This document shows positions 9,236 through 18,281 of a DNA stretch of 64,000 nucleotides, one piece after another (position 1 is the first letter of the stretch; every line of letters begins with the position of its first letter). The DNA comes from Bacillota bacterium (GTDB taxonomy: Bacteria > Sysuimicrobiota > Sysuimicrobiia > Sysuimicrobiales > Segetimicrobiaceae): positions 15,984 to 79,983 of the forward strand of contig JAJPIA010000011.1 of NCBI GenBank assembly GCA_021324975.1, in the 5' to 3' direction. The notes under the pieces are model-generated. The model had not been told where the DNA came from. It ran no database searches and saw nothing but the letters and a program-made list of their open reading frames with translations. The position numbers were made by a program, and so were the translations under genes.

Positions 9236-10326
9236 CCGACGACAGTGCGAAGCTCGTAGCCGTCGGTGAGGCGATCGACAGCCTCTGCACGATCGAAATC
9301 ACGGGACGCGGCGTCGTGGGCGCCCTCGCCGGCGCCGCCCGCGCGGCGCAGACAGGGCCGATGTGTCTGCGGGCGGCGCAGGAGCTCGCCCGGCGCGTTC
9401 AGCCGGGCGACACGGTCGTCATCGCCACCGGCCTGCCCACGTATCCGTGGTTCTTCGGGGAGCAGGACGGTCCCATCGGCGCGGCGACGCTCGCCCGCGC
9501 GTTGGTCCTCGGGCTCGCCGCGCGGCCCGTGATCGTCACGGAGGCGATCCACGTCGACATGTGCCGCGCAGCCGTGCGGGGCGCGGGGCTGTATGCCCGC
9601 GGCCTCGAAGACGCGCTCCGGTTGCCCACGACGGTCGGTGTGGTCGAGTTCCCGACCGACCCCGAGCGCGCCGAGCGCGAGGCGGCCCACCTGCTCGAGC
9701 GGCTGCGCCCCAAGGCCCTGATCGCGATCGAACGTCCGGGCGCGAACGAGCACGGCCACTACCACGCGGCCAAAGGCTATCGTCTGACCGAGCACTGCGC
9801 CAAGGTCGACGGCCTGTTTGCGCGCGGGAAGGCGGCCGGCGTCTATACGGTCGGCATCGGGGACGGCGGGAACGAGCTCGGCTGCGCCGTGATCAAGGAC
9901 GCGGTGATGGCGACGGTCCCGTACGGGGCCAAGTGCCAGTGCCCCTGCGGCGGCAGCGTCGTCCCGGCGTTCGTACCGGACCAACTCATCATCGCGGCGA
10001 TCTCCAACTGGGGAGCCTACGGCATCGAGGCGGCGCTGGGCCTGGTGCTGGAGCGGGAGCTTGTGCACGATCGCGATCTCGATCGCCGCGTGCACGAGCT
10101 GTGCGCAGCCGCCGAGGCGAACAACAACGGTCCCGGCCTCCTCGACCCCGGGACCGACGCCGTGCCCACAGAAGTGCACGGCGACTTCGTGAGGCTGCTC
10201 GGGTTCATGATTCAGAGCGGCATCGATTTCGGCCGCCTGTACAAGGAACCGCGGTACCCGTGGCTCCGCCGCGTAGAGACACCGTCCGGGCGATCGCCGG
10301 CTCCGAGGGAGGACACCCCGCGATGA
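9232..10326 (+). CDS. D-glutamate cyclase-like domain protein (DUF4392)
   Basis: EQDGPIGA, IERPG, GIGDGGNELG, SNWGAY motifs; GTG start after AAGGAG. Confidence 0.82.
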   Translation: MTDDSAKLVAVGEAIDSLCTIEITGRGVVGALAGAARAAQTGPMCLRAAQELARRVQPGDTVVIATGLPTYPWFFGEQDGPIGAATLARALVLGLAARPVIVTEAIHVDMCRAAVRGAGLYARGLEDALRLPTTVGVVEFPTDPERAEREAAHLLERLRPKALIAIERPGANEHGHYHAAKGYRLTEHCAKVDGLFARGKAAGVYTVGIGDGGNELGCAVIKDAVMATVPYGAKCQCPCGGSVVPAFVPDQLIIAAISNWGAYGIEAALGLVLERELVHDRDLDRRVHELCAAAEANNNGPGLLDPGTDAVPTEVHGDFVRLLGFMIQSGIDFGRLYKEPRYPWLRRVETPSGRSPAPREDTPR

Positions 10327-11393
10327 CCCAGCCCACCTACACCGCCGACGATCTGCGCGCGCGCATCGCCGCCCTTCCGCGCGTGCGGCTCGGATTTCTC
10401 CCGACGCCGATCCAGCGCTGCGCCCACCTCTCCGCGGATCTCGGGGTGGACCTGTGGGTGAAGCGCGACGATCTCACCGGGCCGGCGTTCGGCGGCAATA
10501 AGATGCGCAACCTGGAATGGCGCATGGCCGAGGCGCAGGCGTCGGGCGCCGATATCTTGGTGTTCGGCGTGGAGGCGACGTCCAACTCCGCGCGGCAGAC
10601 GACCGCCGCGGCGAACATGCTCGGGCTGCCGCTCGTGCTCGTGCTCCGCGGCCACCCCGACACGGACGTCCAGGGCAATCTCTTGTGCGACCTCGTGCTC
10701 GGCGCGGAGGTACGGCTGCTCGATCTGCCGAGCTATCACGATCTCGGCCGCGCCGTCGCCGAGGTGGTCGACGAGCTCCGTGCGCAGGGGCGGCGGCCGT
10801 GGAGCCTCAATCACGGCAAGATGTTCGAGGTCGGCGCCGCCCTGGCGACGGTCGAAAACTTCCTCGAGATCCTGGACTTGCTCGCGCCGCATGGCCGCCG
10901 CCCGGAAGCGATCTACATCTCCTCGGGCGGCAAGGGGCTGGCCGGCCTCGCCCTGGCCAAAAAGGCGCTGGGGTTGGCCGTGCGCGTGGTCGGGGTGTCG
11001 TGCACGAGCAACGAGGACCCCTGGCAGTACGCGTCGGACACCGCGAACGCGGCGGCGGCGCTGCTCGATCTCGCCGTCACGGTGTCCCCGCAGGAGATCG
11101 AGGCCACGTACGATTACATCGGTCCGGGCTACGGCATCCCGACGCCCGACGGGATGGATGCGATCCTCGCGTTCGCGCGCCGGGAGGCGATCGTGCTCGA
11201 TCCGGTGTACACGGGCAAGGCGGCCGCGGGCCTCCTGGACCACATCCGCCGGGGGATCGTGCCCCAGGGCGCCACGGTGGTCTTCATTCACACAGGCGGC
11301 CAGCCGGCGTTGTTTACGCAGAGTGAGGCGATCGTCCGCCATATCCAGGCGCGGCGCGCCGGCGCCGCGCGGGCCACGGAGGCGCGTGCGTGA
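10323..11393 (+). CDS. D-cysteine desulfhydrase/ACC deaminase family PLP enzyme
   Basis: PTPI, KRDD, GGNKMR, SN, LDPVYTGKA, FIHTGG; ATGA overlap. Confidence 0.9.
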   Translation: MTQPTYTADDLRARIAALPRVRLGFLPTPIQRCAHLSADLGVDLWVKRDDLTGPAFGGNKMRNLEWRMAEAQASGADILVFGVEATSNSARQTTAAANMLGLPLVLVLRGHPDTDVQGNLLCDLVLGAEVRLLDLPSYHDLGRAVAEVVDELRAQGRRPWSLNHGKMFEVGAALATVENFLEILDLLAPHGRRPEAIYISSGGKGLAGLALAKKALGLAVRVVGVSCTSNEDPWQYASDTANAAAALLDLAVTVSPQEIEATYDYIGPGYGIPTPDGMDAILAFARREAIVLDPVYTGKAAAGLLDHIRRGIVPQGATVVFIHTGGQPALFTQSEAIVRHIQARRAGAARATEARA

Positions 11394-12982
11394 GGATTCG
11401 CGCAGGGGTTGCGCTCCTCGCGGTCCTCGTCGGAGCGGTGCTCCTGCTCGCTCCGATGGTGGAGGCGCAGGGCGATCGCACGCTCACCTACGCGCAGAGC
11501 GTCCCGGTGACGGCGATGGACACGGCAGGGCCGTCGATCGGGACCGTGTACCCCGCGGGCTATGAAGCAATGTACCTCGTCTACGACAATCTTGTGGCGT
11601 TCAATGAGCGGATGGCAATCGTGCCGCAGTTGGCGACGGCCTGGTCGGTCTCCAAGGATGGGTTGACATGGACCTTTAAGCTCCGGCGGGGCGTTGTGTT
11701 CCAGGACGGCACCCCCTTCAACGCGGACGCGGTCGTGTTCCACATCACGCGGCAGATCGACCCCACCGTCAATCCGTCGAATCGCCCCCTGTGGGATCCC
11801 ATCGCCGGTGCCCGCAAGGTCGACGACTCGACCGTGGCGATTACGACCAAGCAGCCTTTCGGTGCGCTGCTCAACACCCTGGCCCATGCCTCCGGCGGCA
11901 TCGTGAGCCCCGCCGCCGTCCGGCGGCTGGGCGACGGGTTTGCCCGCGCCCCCGTCGGGGCGGGACCCTACGCCGTTGAGCGGCTCGAGACAGGCAGCGA
12001 GCTCGCCCTCCGCCGCTTCGACCGCTACTGGGGCGGGACCCCGGGGTATGCCCGCGTCGTCCTGCGCCACGTTCCCGATCCCACCACCCGGATCGCGCTC
12101 CTGCAGGCCGGGCAGGCCGACGTCATCAACGCGGTCCCCCCGGAGAGCGTCCCGCAGCTCCAAGCCGCGCCGGACGTCGAGGTCATCGCGCGGCCGGCGC
12201 TTCGCACGTTTGGGTTTGCCTTCAACCTCAACCGGCCGATGTTCCAGGATGTGCGCGTGCGGCAGGCCTTCAGCCTGGCGATCAACCGCCCGGCCGTCAT
12301 CAGCGCCATCTTCAAGGGGTTCGCGACCCAGATCGACTCGCCGCTCTCTCGGTTGACGACCGGGCACGCGGCGGCCGGCCAGCTGACGTACGACGTGAGC
12401 AGGGCCAAAACGCTGCTCGCCGAGGCCGGGTGGAAGCCCGGGCCCGACGGCGTCCTGCGGCGGGACGGGGCGCCCTTTGACATCTCGGTGCTGACGCCGG
12501 TTGGGCTGTTCCCCAAGGACATCGAGGTGACGCAGGCGTTTCAGGACTTCCTCCGCGCGGTTGGCGTGCGCGCGTCGATCAACCGTGTCGAACCCGCCGC
12601 GTTTTGGGACTACCTCCGCGTGCCGCCGGACCGCCTGCGGTGGGATATGGCGCTCTTCGGCTTCAACCCGTCGAACGGCGACGGCGCCTATCACCTCGCG
12701 TCGTTGTTCGAGAGCAACCCGAGTCGCAGCGAGCCCCCAAAGGTCTGGAACTTCGCGTGGTACTCGAACCCCAAGGTGGACGCGTGGCTCCATCAAGCGG
12801 ACACCACGGTCGTTCCGGCGCAGCGAACCCGTCTGCTGGCGCAGGCCCAGCGCGCGATCTGGGCCGATGCCCCGTACGTGTGGCTCTACGCGGAGAACGC
12901 CATCGTCGCGAAGCGCAAGGCCGTCAAAGACGTGCAGGTCCTGCCGATCGTGTTCACGATTCTCCGAAACGCGAAGCCGTAG
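11390..12982 (+). CDS. Peptide/nickel ABC transporter substrate-binding protein (family 5)
   Basis: Signal peptide; LATAWSVSKDGLTWTFKLR.GV.FQDGTPFNA signature. Confidence 0.92.
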   Translation: MRIRAGVALLAVLVGAVLLLAPMVEAQGDRTLTYAQSVPVTAMDTAGPSIGTVYPAGYEAMYLVYDNLVAFNERMAIVPQLATAWSVSKDGLTWTFKLRRGVVFQDGTPFNADAVVFHITRQIDPTVNPSNRPLWDPIAGARKVDDSTVAITTKQPFGALLNTLAHASGGIVSPAAVRRLGDGFARAPVGAGPYAVERLETGSELALRRFDRYWGGTPGYARVVLRHVPDPTTRIALLQAGQADVINAVPPESVPQLQAAPDVEVIARPALRTFGFAFNLNRPMFQDVRVRQAFSLAINRPAVISAIFKGFATQIDSPLSRLTTGHAAAGQLTYDVSRAKTLLAEAGWKPGPDGVLRRDGAPFDISVLTPVGLFPKDIEVTQAFQDFLRAVGVRASINRVEPAAFWDYLRVPPDRLRWDMALFGFNPSNGDGAYHLASLFESNPSRSEPPKVWNFAWYSNPKVDAWLHQADTTVVPAQRTRLLAQAQRAIWADAPYVWLYAENAIVAKRKAVKDVQVLPIVFTILRNAKP

Positions 12983-13004
12983 CCCGCCCGGGGCACGGGG
13001 TGCC

Positions 13005-13937
13005 GTGCCCGAGAACGTGGCGCTCTTTACCGTCCGCCGCCTCAGCCTGCTCGTCCCGCAAGCGCTCGGGATCGTCACCCTGATTTTCGTGCTCTTCCGG
13101 CTCGTCCCGGGCGATCCGGCCGTGATTGTGGCCGGACCAAACTCTACCGCGGCGCAGGTCAACGCGATCCGGCACGAGCTCGGGCTCGACCGGCCGCTCT
13201 ACGCGCAATACGGCCGGTTCGTCCGCGATCTCTCGCGCGGAGACATGGGCACCTCCCTCAGCCTGCGGCTTCCCGTGACGACCGTGATCCTGGCCCGGCT
13301 GCCGGCGACGCTCGTCCTCATGGTCGCCAGCCTGGCCGTCACGGTCGCGCTGGCGATCTCGAGCGGTGTGCTCTCGGCCGTTCGGCCGCACGGGGTAGTC
13401 GCGCAGGCCGTGACGGCGGCCTCGGCGCTCGCCCTCTCGATCCCCAACTTTCTCCTCGGCATGATCTTGATCGAATACCTGGCGGTGCGGCTGCGTCTCT
13501 TGCCGCCGGCCGGCACGGGCGGTCCGGCCTTTGTCGTCATGCCGACGCTGGCCGTCGCCGCACGGCTCATCGCCCTCGTGAGCCGCACCACGCGGGCGAG
13601 CATCCTGGAGACGCTCGGCGACGATTACGTCCGCACCGCGCGCGCCAAGGGTCTGGCCGCGAGAACGGTGTTGTATCGGCACGCGCTCAAATCCGCGATG
13701 GTGCCGGTCGTCACCATGATCGGGCTGCAGGCGGGGTACCTGCTCGGCGGCTCGGTCGTCGTGGAGACGCTCTTTGCGTACCAGGGGTTGGGCCAAGCCA
13801 TGATCACGGCGGTCTCCCTGCGCGACTATTTTCTTGTCCAGGGCATCACGGTCGTCTACGTGGTCGGGTTTCTCCTGGTGAATCTCGGGGTCGACCTGTC
13901 GTACGCGTTCTTCGACCCCCGTGTGAGGTTTACATGA
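13005..13937 (+). CDS. Peptide ABC transporter permease (DppB-like)
   Basis: PGDPA, GLDRPL, DYVRTARAKGL, DPRVR. Confidence 0.92.
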   Translation: MPENVALFTVRRLSLLVPQALGIVTLIFVLFRLVPGDPAVIVAGPNSTAAQVNAIRHELGLDRPLYAQYGRFVRDLSRGDMGTSLSLRLPVTTVILARLPATLVLMVASLAVTVALAISSGVLSAVRPHGVVAQAVTAASALALSIPNFLLGMILIEYLAVRLRLLPPAGTGGPAFVVMPTLAVAARLIALVSRTTRASILETLGDDYVRTARAKGLAARTVLYRHALKSAMVPVVTMIGLQAGYLLGGSVVVETLFAYQGLGQAMITAVSLRDYFLVQGITVVYVVGFLLVNLGVDLSYAFFDPRVRFT

Positions 13938-14782
13938 GCGCCACGGCGGGCAGGCGGCTCACGCGGGTGTTGCGCGCGCCGGTGACGGCAGCCGGGACCA
14001 TCCTCGTGGCCGCATACCTCATGCTCGGCGCGGGCGGTCCCTGGACCGCCCCCTATGACCCGGACGCGCAGGACCTTGGAGCCGCCCTCCAGCCTCCGTC
14101 GCCGCGGCACTGGCTCGGCACGGACGATCTGGGGCGGGACCTGGCCAGCCGGGTGATCGTCGCGGCGCGCGTCGACCTTGCCGTCGTCGTCTTGGGCCTG
14201 GCCGTTGCGGTCGGGACCGCCCTCCCCGTCGGGCTCGTCGCCGGTTACGCGGGCGGCACGGCCGACCGCGCACTGATGGGCCTCTCCGACGCCGCGCTGA
14301 CGTTTCCGTCCCTCGTGCTCGCGGTCGTCCTCGTGAGCCTGGTCGGCGCGGGTCTGCGAAGCGTCGTTCTCGCCCTGGGGCTGACGACGGCCCCCGCCCT
14401 CGCCCGGCTGATCCGCAGCCTCGTCCTCACCGCGGCCCGCGCAGAGTACGTGGAGGCGGCGCGCGCGCTCGGCGCCGGCGCGCCACGCATGATCTGGCGC
14501 CACATCCTTCCCAACATCGCCGGGCGTGTCGCCGTCTACATGACCCTCGCGGGCAGCTACGCCGTGCTCACCATCACGGCGCTGGGTTTCCTCGGTCTCG
14601 GGGTGCAGCCCCCGACGGCCGAGTGGGGGAACATGCTCGCGACGACACGGACCTACCTCGCGACGGCGCCGTGGCTGATCGCGGCGCCCGGCGCGGCGAT
14701 CGTCGTGTTCATTTTCGCGGTAAACGCGGTCGGGGAGGCGCTGCGGGACCTGTTTGATCCGCGCCTCGTGTGGGGCCCCTGA
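13934..14782 (+). CDS. Peptide ABC transporter permease (DppC-like)
   Basis: HWLGTDDLGRD, YVEAARALGA, HILPN, PPTAEWG. Confidence 0.92.
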   Translation: MSATAGRRLTRVLRAPVTAAGTILVAAYLMLGAGGPWTAPYDPDAQDLGAALQPPSPRHWLGTDDLGRDLASRVIVAARVDLAVVVLGLAVAVGTALPVGLVAGYAGGTADRALMGLSDAALTFPSLVLAVVLVSLVGAGLRSVVLALGLTTAPALARLIRSLVLTAARAEYVEAARALGAGAPRMIWRHILPNIAGRVAVYMTLAGSYAVLTITALGFLGLGVQPPTAEWGNMLATTRTYLATAPWLIAAPGAAIVVFIFAVNAVGEALRDLFDPRLVWGP

Positions 14783-14828
14783 CTCGTGCCGCGCGCCGCG
14801 GCGGCCCGCCGGGGCGCCGTGCGTGTGC

Positions 14829-16244
14829 TCAGTCCCCCAGCACGCGGTCGCCCGGGGCCTTGACCCCGGGGCCCACGCCGGCAAACTCCGCGAGCCGTAG
14901 GCCGCTCAGCACGGCCGCGGCCGCCGCAAAAGCGGCGGCCAGCGTGATCGCGATGAGCGTCCCGTGCCCGACGCCCCCGTGCTGCGCGGTGAGGCCGAAC
15001 GCGAGCGCGACGAGCGCGGCGCCCGTTGTCTGGCCGATCAGGCGGGCCGAAGAGATGACACCGCTCGCGTTGCCGCTCCGCGCGCGCGGCACGCTCGCGA
15101 TGATGGCGCGATTGTTGGGGGACTGGAACAGCCCGAAGCCGAGGCCGCAGAGCGCCATGCGCCACACGATGTCGCGCGCCGCCGGATGCGGCGACAGGAG
15201 CGCCACCAGCGCCAGGCCCCCGCTCAAGAGCGCCAGGCCGAGCCCGCCCAGGCCGCCGGCGGGGTAGCGGTCGGCCAGCCGTCCGGCGATGGGCGCGATG
15301 GCCGCCACCGCGAGCGGCCACGGCGTCATCAAGAGCCCCGTTTCGACCTGCCCCCGCCCCAGCACGTCCTGAAAATAGAACGGCAGCGACACGAACGCGA
15401 GCCCCTGCGCCGTAAACGAGCAGACGGACGTCACCGCGGAGAGCGCGAAGACCGGCCGGCGGAATAGGTCGACCGGAAGCATCGGCGCGGGCAGTGCGAG
15501 CTGACGGCGCGCCAGGATGAACCCGAACATCGCCGCCGCCAGAAACTCGGCGGTGATCAACGCGGCGGTCTCTCCGTGGCCGAGCCCGTCGATCGCGGTC
15601 ACGAGCAATCCGAACGCCGCGGCGCTCACCAGCGCGCTCGCGATGTCGAACCGCTGGGGCGAGCCCGCCGGCCGGGGCAGGGAACGGAGCGACAGAGCCA
15701 GCGCAACGAGACCGAGGGGGACATTGATCAAAAACAGCCACTGCCACGACGCGACGGAGAGGATGCCCGCGGCGACCGTCGGGCCGGCGGCCGAAGCCAC
15801 GGCGACGACCAGCGTGTTGATGCCGAGGCCGCGCCCCAACAGCCGGCGCGGGTAGATGAACCGAATGAGCGCGGTGTTGACGCTCGTGATCCCGGCCGCG
15901 CCAAACCCTAGGAGCACGCGGGCTAGGGTCAGCGCGAGGAGCGAATGCGACGTCGCGCACCCGAGCGACGCGAGCGTAAACAGGCCGAGGCCGCTCCAGT
16001 AGACGCGGCGGTAGCCAAAGATGTCGCCGAGCGAGGAGAACGGCAGCAGGGAGATCGTGATCGTCAACTGGTACGCGTTGACGACCCAGATCGATGCCGC
16101 GGGGCTCGCACCGACGTCTCTGGCGATGGTGGGAAGCGCGATATTGGCGATCGCACTGTCCAGGACCGCCATCGCGACCGCGATGGCAATCGTGAGGATC
16201 GCCCAGTAGCGCTGCGGGAGGGGAAGGCCGTCGGTCGCTTCCAT
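14829..16244 (-). CDS. MFS transporter, DHA2 family
   Basis: LDSAIANIALPTIA, WVVNAYQL, WLFLINVPLG, FQSPNN; about 14 TM helices. Confidence 0.9.
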   Translation of the reverse strand: MEATDGLPLPQRYWAILTIAIAVAMAVLDSAIANIALPTIARDVGASPAASIWVVNAYQLTITISLLPFSSLGDIFGYRRVYWSGLGLFTLASLGCATSHSLLALTLARVLLGFGAAGITSVNTALIRFIYPRRLLGRGLGINTLVVAVASAAGPTVAAGILSVASWQWLFLINVPLGLVALALSLRSLPRPAGSPQRFDIASALVSAAAFGLLVTAIDGLGHGETAALITAEFLAAAMFGFILARRQLALPAPMLPVDLFRRPVFALSAVTSVCSFTAQGLAFVSLPFYFQDVLGRGQVETGLLMTPWPLAVAAIAPIAGRLADRYPAGGLGGLGLALLSGGLALVALLSPHPAARDIVWRMALCGLGFGLFQSPNNRAIIASVPRARSGNASGVISSARLIGQTTGAALVALAFGLTAQHGGVGHGTLIAITLAAAFAAAAAVLSGLRLAEFAGVGPGVKAPGDRVLGD

Positions 16245-16354
16245 TTCGTGGCAGTTGCAAGCTTCGACCCGCGAGCGCCCGCGTTCCTGCGACGCGCCGG
16301 CCCGTGAGGGCGCGCCGGCGCCGTGGGTAAACCCTAGGCGGGAGGTGAGCGACC

Positions 16355-16570
16355 ATGGACAAGGCACGCTTTGCCGCCCGATGGCACGAGTTGCGCCGTG
16401 AGGTGCAGCGACAGTGGAACCGCGTGACCGATGAGGAACTGGATCGGGTGCACGGCGACCCCGACGTGCTCATCGGCATCTTAATGGAGAAGTACGAGGA
16501 GCCGCGTCGAGCGGTTGAGCTTCAGGTTAAGCGCCTGACCGAACGCGCACCGCAGATCGGCGCGAGCTGA
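16355..16570 (+). CDS. CsbD-like general stress protein
   Basis: W..L...V.RQW..VTDEELD...G....LIG.L.EKY pattern; RBS GGAGG. Confidence 0.75.
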   Translation: MDKARFAARWHELRREVQRQWNRVTDEELDRVHGDPDVLIGILMEKYEEPRRAVELQVKRLTERAPQIGAS

Positions 16571-16599
16571 TCCGGGACGGAACGCGGGCGTATCGGCGG

Positions 16600-17022
16600 A
16601 TGATTGTGCGTCCTGTCACCACCATGCTCGGCATCGTCCTCGGCGTGGCGGTCCTGGGCGTCGTGCTGACGCCCGGATCCACCTGGCCGGCGGGGTTGTC
16701 CGCCCATCTGCGATCGATTGCCGCGTCCCCCTCGGCCGTGTTCAGCGGCGGTCTGGTCGCGATGGCCGTCGTGCTGGTCGCTCTCGAGATCCTGCGCCAG
16801 CGACGCCGCGGGGCGCGTGCCCGGCAGGCCCGGGCGTTCCCGGGGCCGGGGTCCGGCGTGGCCCGGCGGCGAGAATCGCCGGGTCTGCGCGCCCCGAACG
16901 TGTCCCCCTCACCGCGACGCGGGTGGGGATGGCTCCAGGCGCTCAGCCATCGCGGCCAACGCGGCGAGCAGCAGTCGCGCCGCGGTGCGGGCGGTCACTT
17001 CCGCCCAGTCGTACGGTGGTGA
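16600..17022 (+). CDS. Hypothetical membrane protein (2 TM)
   Basis: Two hydrophobic segments with host-like codon use; 3' end overlaps the agmatinase antisense. Confidence 0.35.
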   Translation: MIVRPVTTMLGIVLGVAVLGVVLTPGSTWPAGLSAHLRSIAASPSAVFSGGLVAMAVVLVALEILRQRRRGARARQARAFPGPGSGVARRRESPGLRAPNVSPSPRRGWGWLQALSHRGQRGEQQSRRGAGGHFRPVVRW

Positions 17023-17871
17023 CACCTCGACGAGGTCTAAACCGATGATGCGGCACCGCGCCGCGATGGCACGGACGGCGTCGCGGACTTCGGTGTAGCT
17101 GAGCCCGCCGGGCTCGGGTGTGCCTGTGCCGGGCGCCGTCGCGATATCGAGCACGTCGATGTCGATGCTGAGGTAGCACGCGGTTTCCGGCGGCAGGACC
17201 GCGGCGGCCGCGTCCGGACCGCCCCGACGCAGCTCCGTGGCCGACACCGTCTGGACGCCGTAGCCGGCCGCGGCTTCCAATGGCTCCGCGTACTTTTGCA
17301 GGGCGCGGAGGCCGAGCTGCGAGATCCCGGCGACGAACGGCAACTCCGAGACGCGGCGCATGACGTTGCCGTGTCCGAACCGGTTCCCCTGCCGTTCGTC
17401 CACAAAGTCTTGATGCGTGTCGAACTGGACGACGTGCACCGGCCCGCGGTCCGCGAACGCCCGCAGCACGGGAAACGTGATCGCGTGATCGCCGCCCACA
17501 ACAACCGGCAGGCTGCCGTCCGCCAGGATCTCGGCCGCGGCGGCGGTGATCCGGTCCAGGTTATCGGGGATCACCGCCGGCGCAATCTCGACGTCGCCCC
17601 AATCGGCCATCGTCACGCCGCGCAGAATCCAGCGACGGAGGTCCAGGTCATACCAGCCGCCCGCGGGCACATCGTCGCGGGAGTGGTAAGACCACCACAT
17701 CGAGGCGGCGCGGACGGCCGCCGGACCGAATCGCGCGCCCGGTCGCAACGTGGTCCCAAGATCGAACGGCACGCCGAGGAACGCCACGTCCGTCTTGACA
17801 TCGCGGCTGGGGTCGCGCGGCGGCGCCCCGAAGAACGTCGGGAACCGCGCGCGTGAAACGGCTCCGGTCAC
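16909..17871 (-). CDS. speB: Agmatinase/ureohydrolase family protein
   Basis: GVPFD, RPGARFGP, GGDHAIT, DTHQD, SIDID.LD, APGTGTPEPGG. Confidence 0.88.
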   Translation of the reverse strand: MTGAVSRARFPTFFGAPPRDPSRDVKTDVAFLGVPFDLGTTLRPGARFGPAAVRAASMWWSYHSRDDVPAGGWYDLDLRRWILRGVTMADWGDVEIAPAVIPDNLDRITAAAAEILADGSLPVVVGGDHAITFPVLRAFADRGPVHVVQFDTHQDFVDERQGNRFGHGNVMRRVSELPFVAGISQLGLRALQKYAEPLEAAAGYGVQTVSATELRRGGPDAAAAVLPPETACYLSIDIDVLDIATAPGTGTPEPGGLSYTEVRDAVRAIAARCRIIGLDLVEVSPPYDWAEVTARTAARLLLAALAAMAERLEPSPPASR

Positions 17872-17912
17872 CCGTCATGCCTCCTTTCGGCGGTCGGGAC
17901 GATCGTGGTGCG

Positions 17913-18281
17913 CTAACGCGGCAGCGCCAGCGCGCCGCACGTCAGGAGCGCCGCGCCGACCGCCGCCCGGATCGAGATCCGGCGCGCCTGCCGCCGCAGC
18001 CGCGTGCGCTCCGCTGGGTCCTGGATGCGCTCGACCGTGTCGATGATGTTACGCGCCCCGCGCGCAGCGAGCTGGATTCAGGTCGCCTCCCGCCACTGCA
18101 GGACGCCCAGGCCGGCGCCCCAGAACAGCGGCAGCAGCACAAGACGCCACCATCGATCCACGCCCATGTCGACGAACACCGCCAGCAGCGCGAGGCTCAG
18201 GCCGAGCAGGGCGATGCCGATCGCGAGGCGCTTCCGCCGCTCGCCGGCGCCGATGTTGGTGATGCAGGCCGCCCCGGTCAC
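17913..18281 (-). CDS. Small membrane protein with in-frame UGA (candidate selenoprotein, 122 aa)
   Basis: GTGA overlap with the pgi stop; ...[14 protein letters not shown]...LQWREAT-UGA(18078-18080)[10 protein letters not shown]...ALALPR-UAG; coding character continues past the UGA. Confidence 0.72.
18050..18066 (-). promoter_or_regulatory. Candidate bacterial SECIS hairpin
   Basis: mRNA UGA-AUCCAGCUCGC (11 nt)-UGCGCGC GGG GCGCGUA: 17-nt stem-loop with a G-rich apical loop. Confidence 0.55.
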
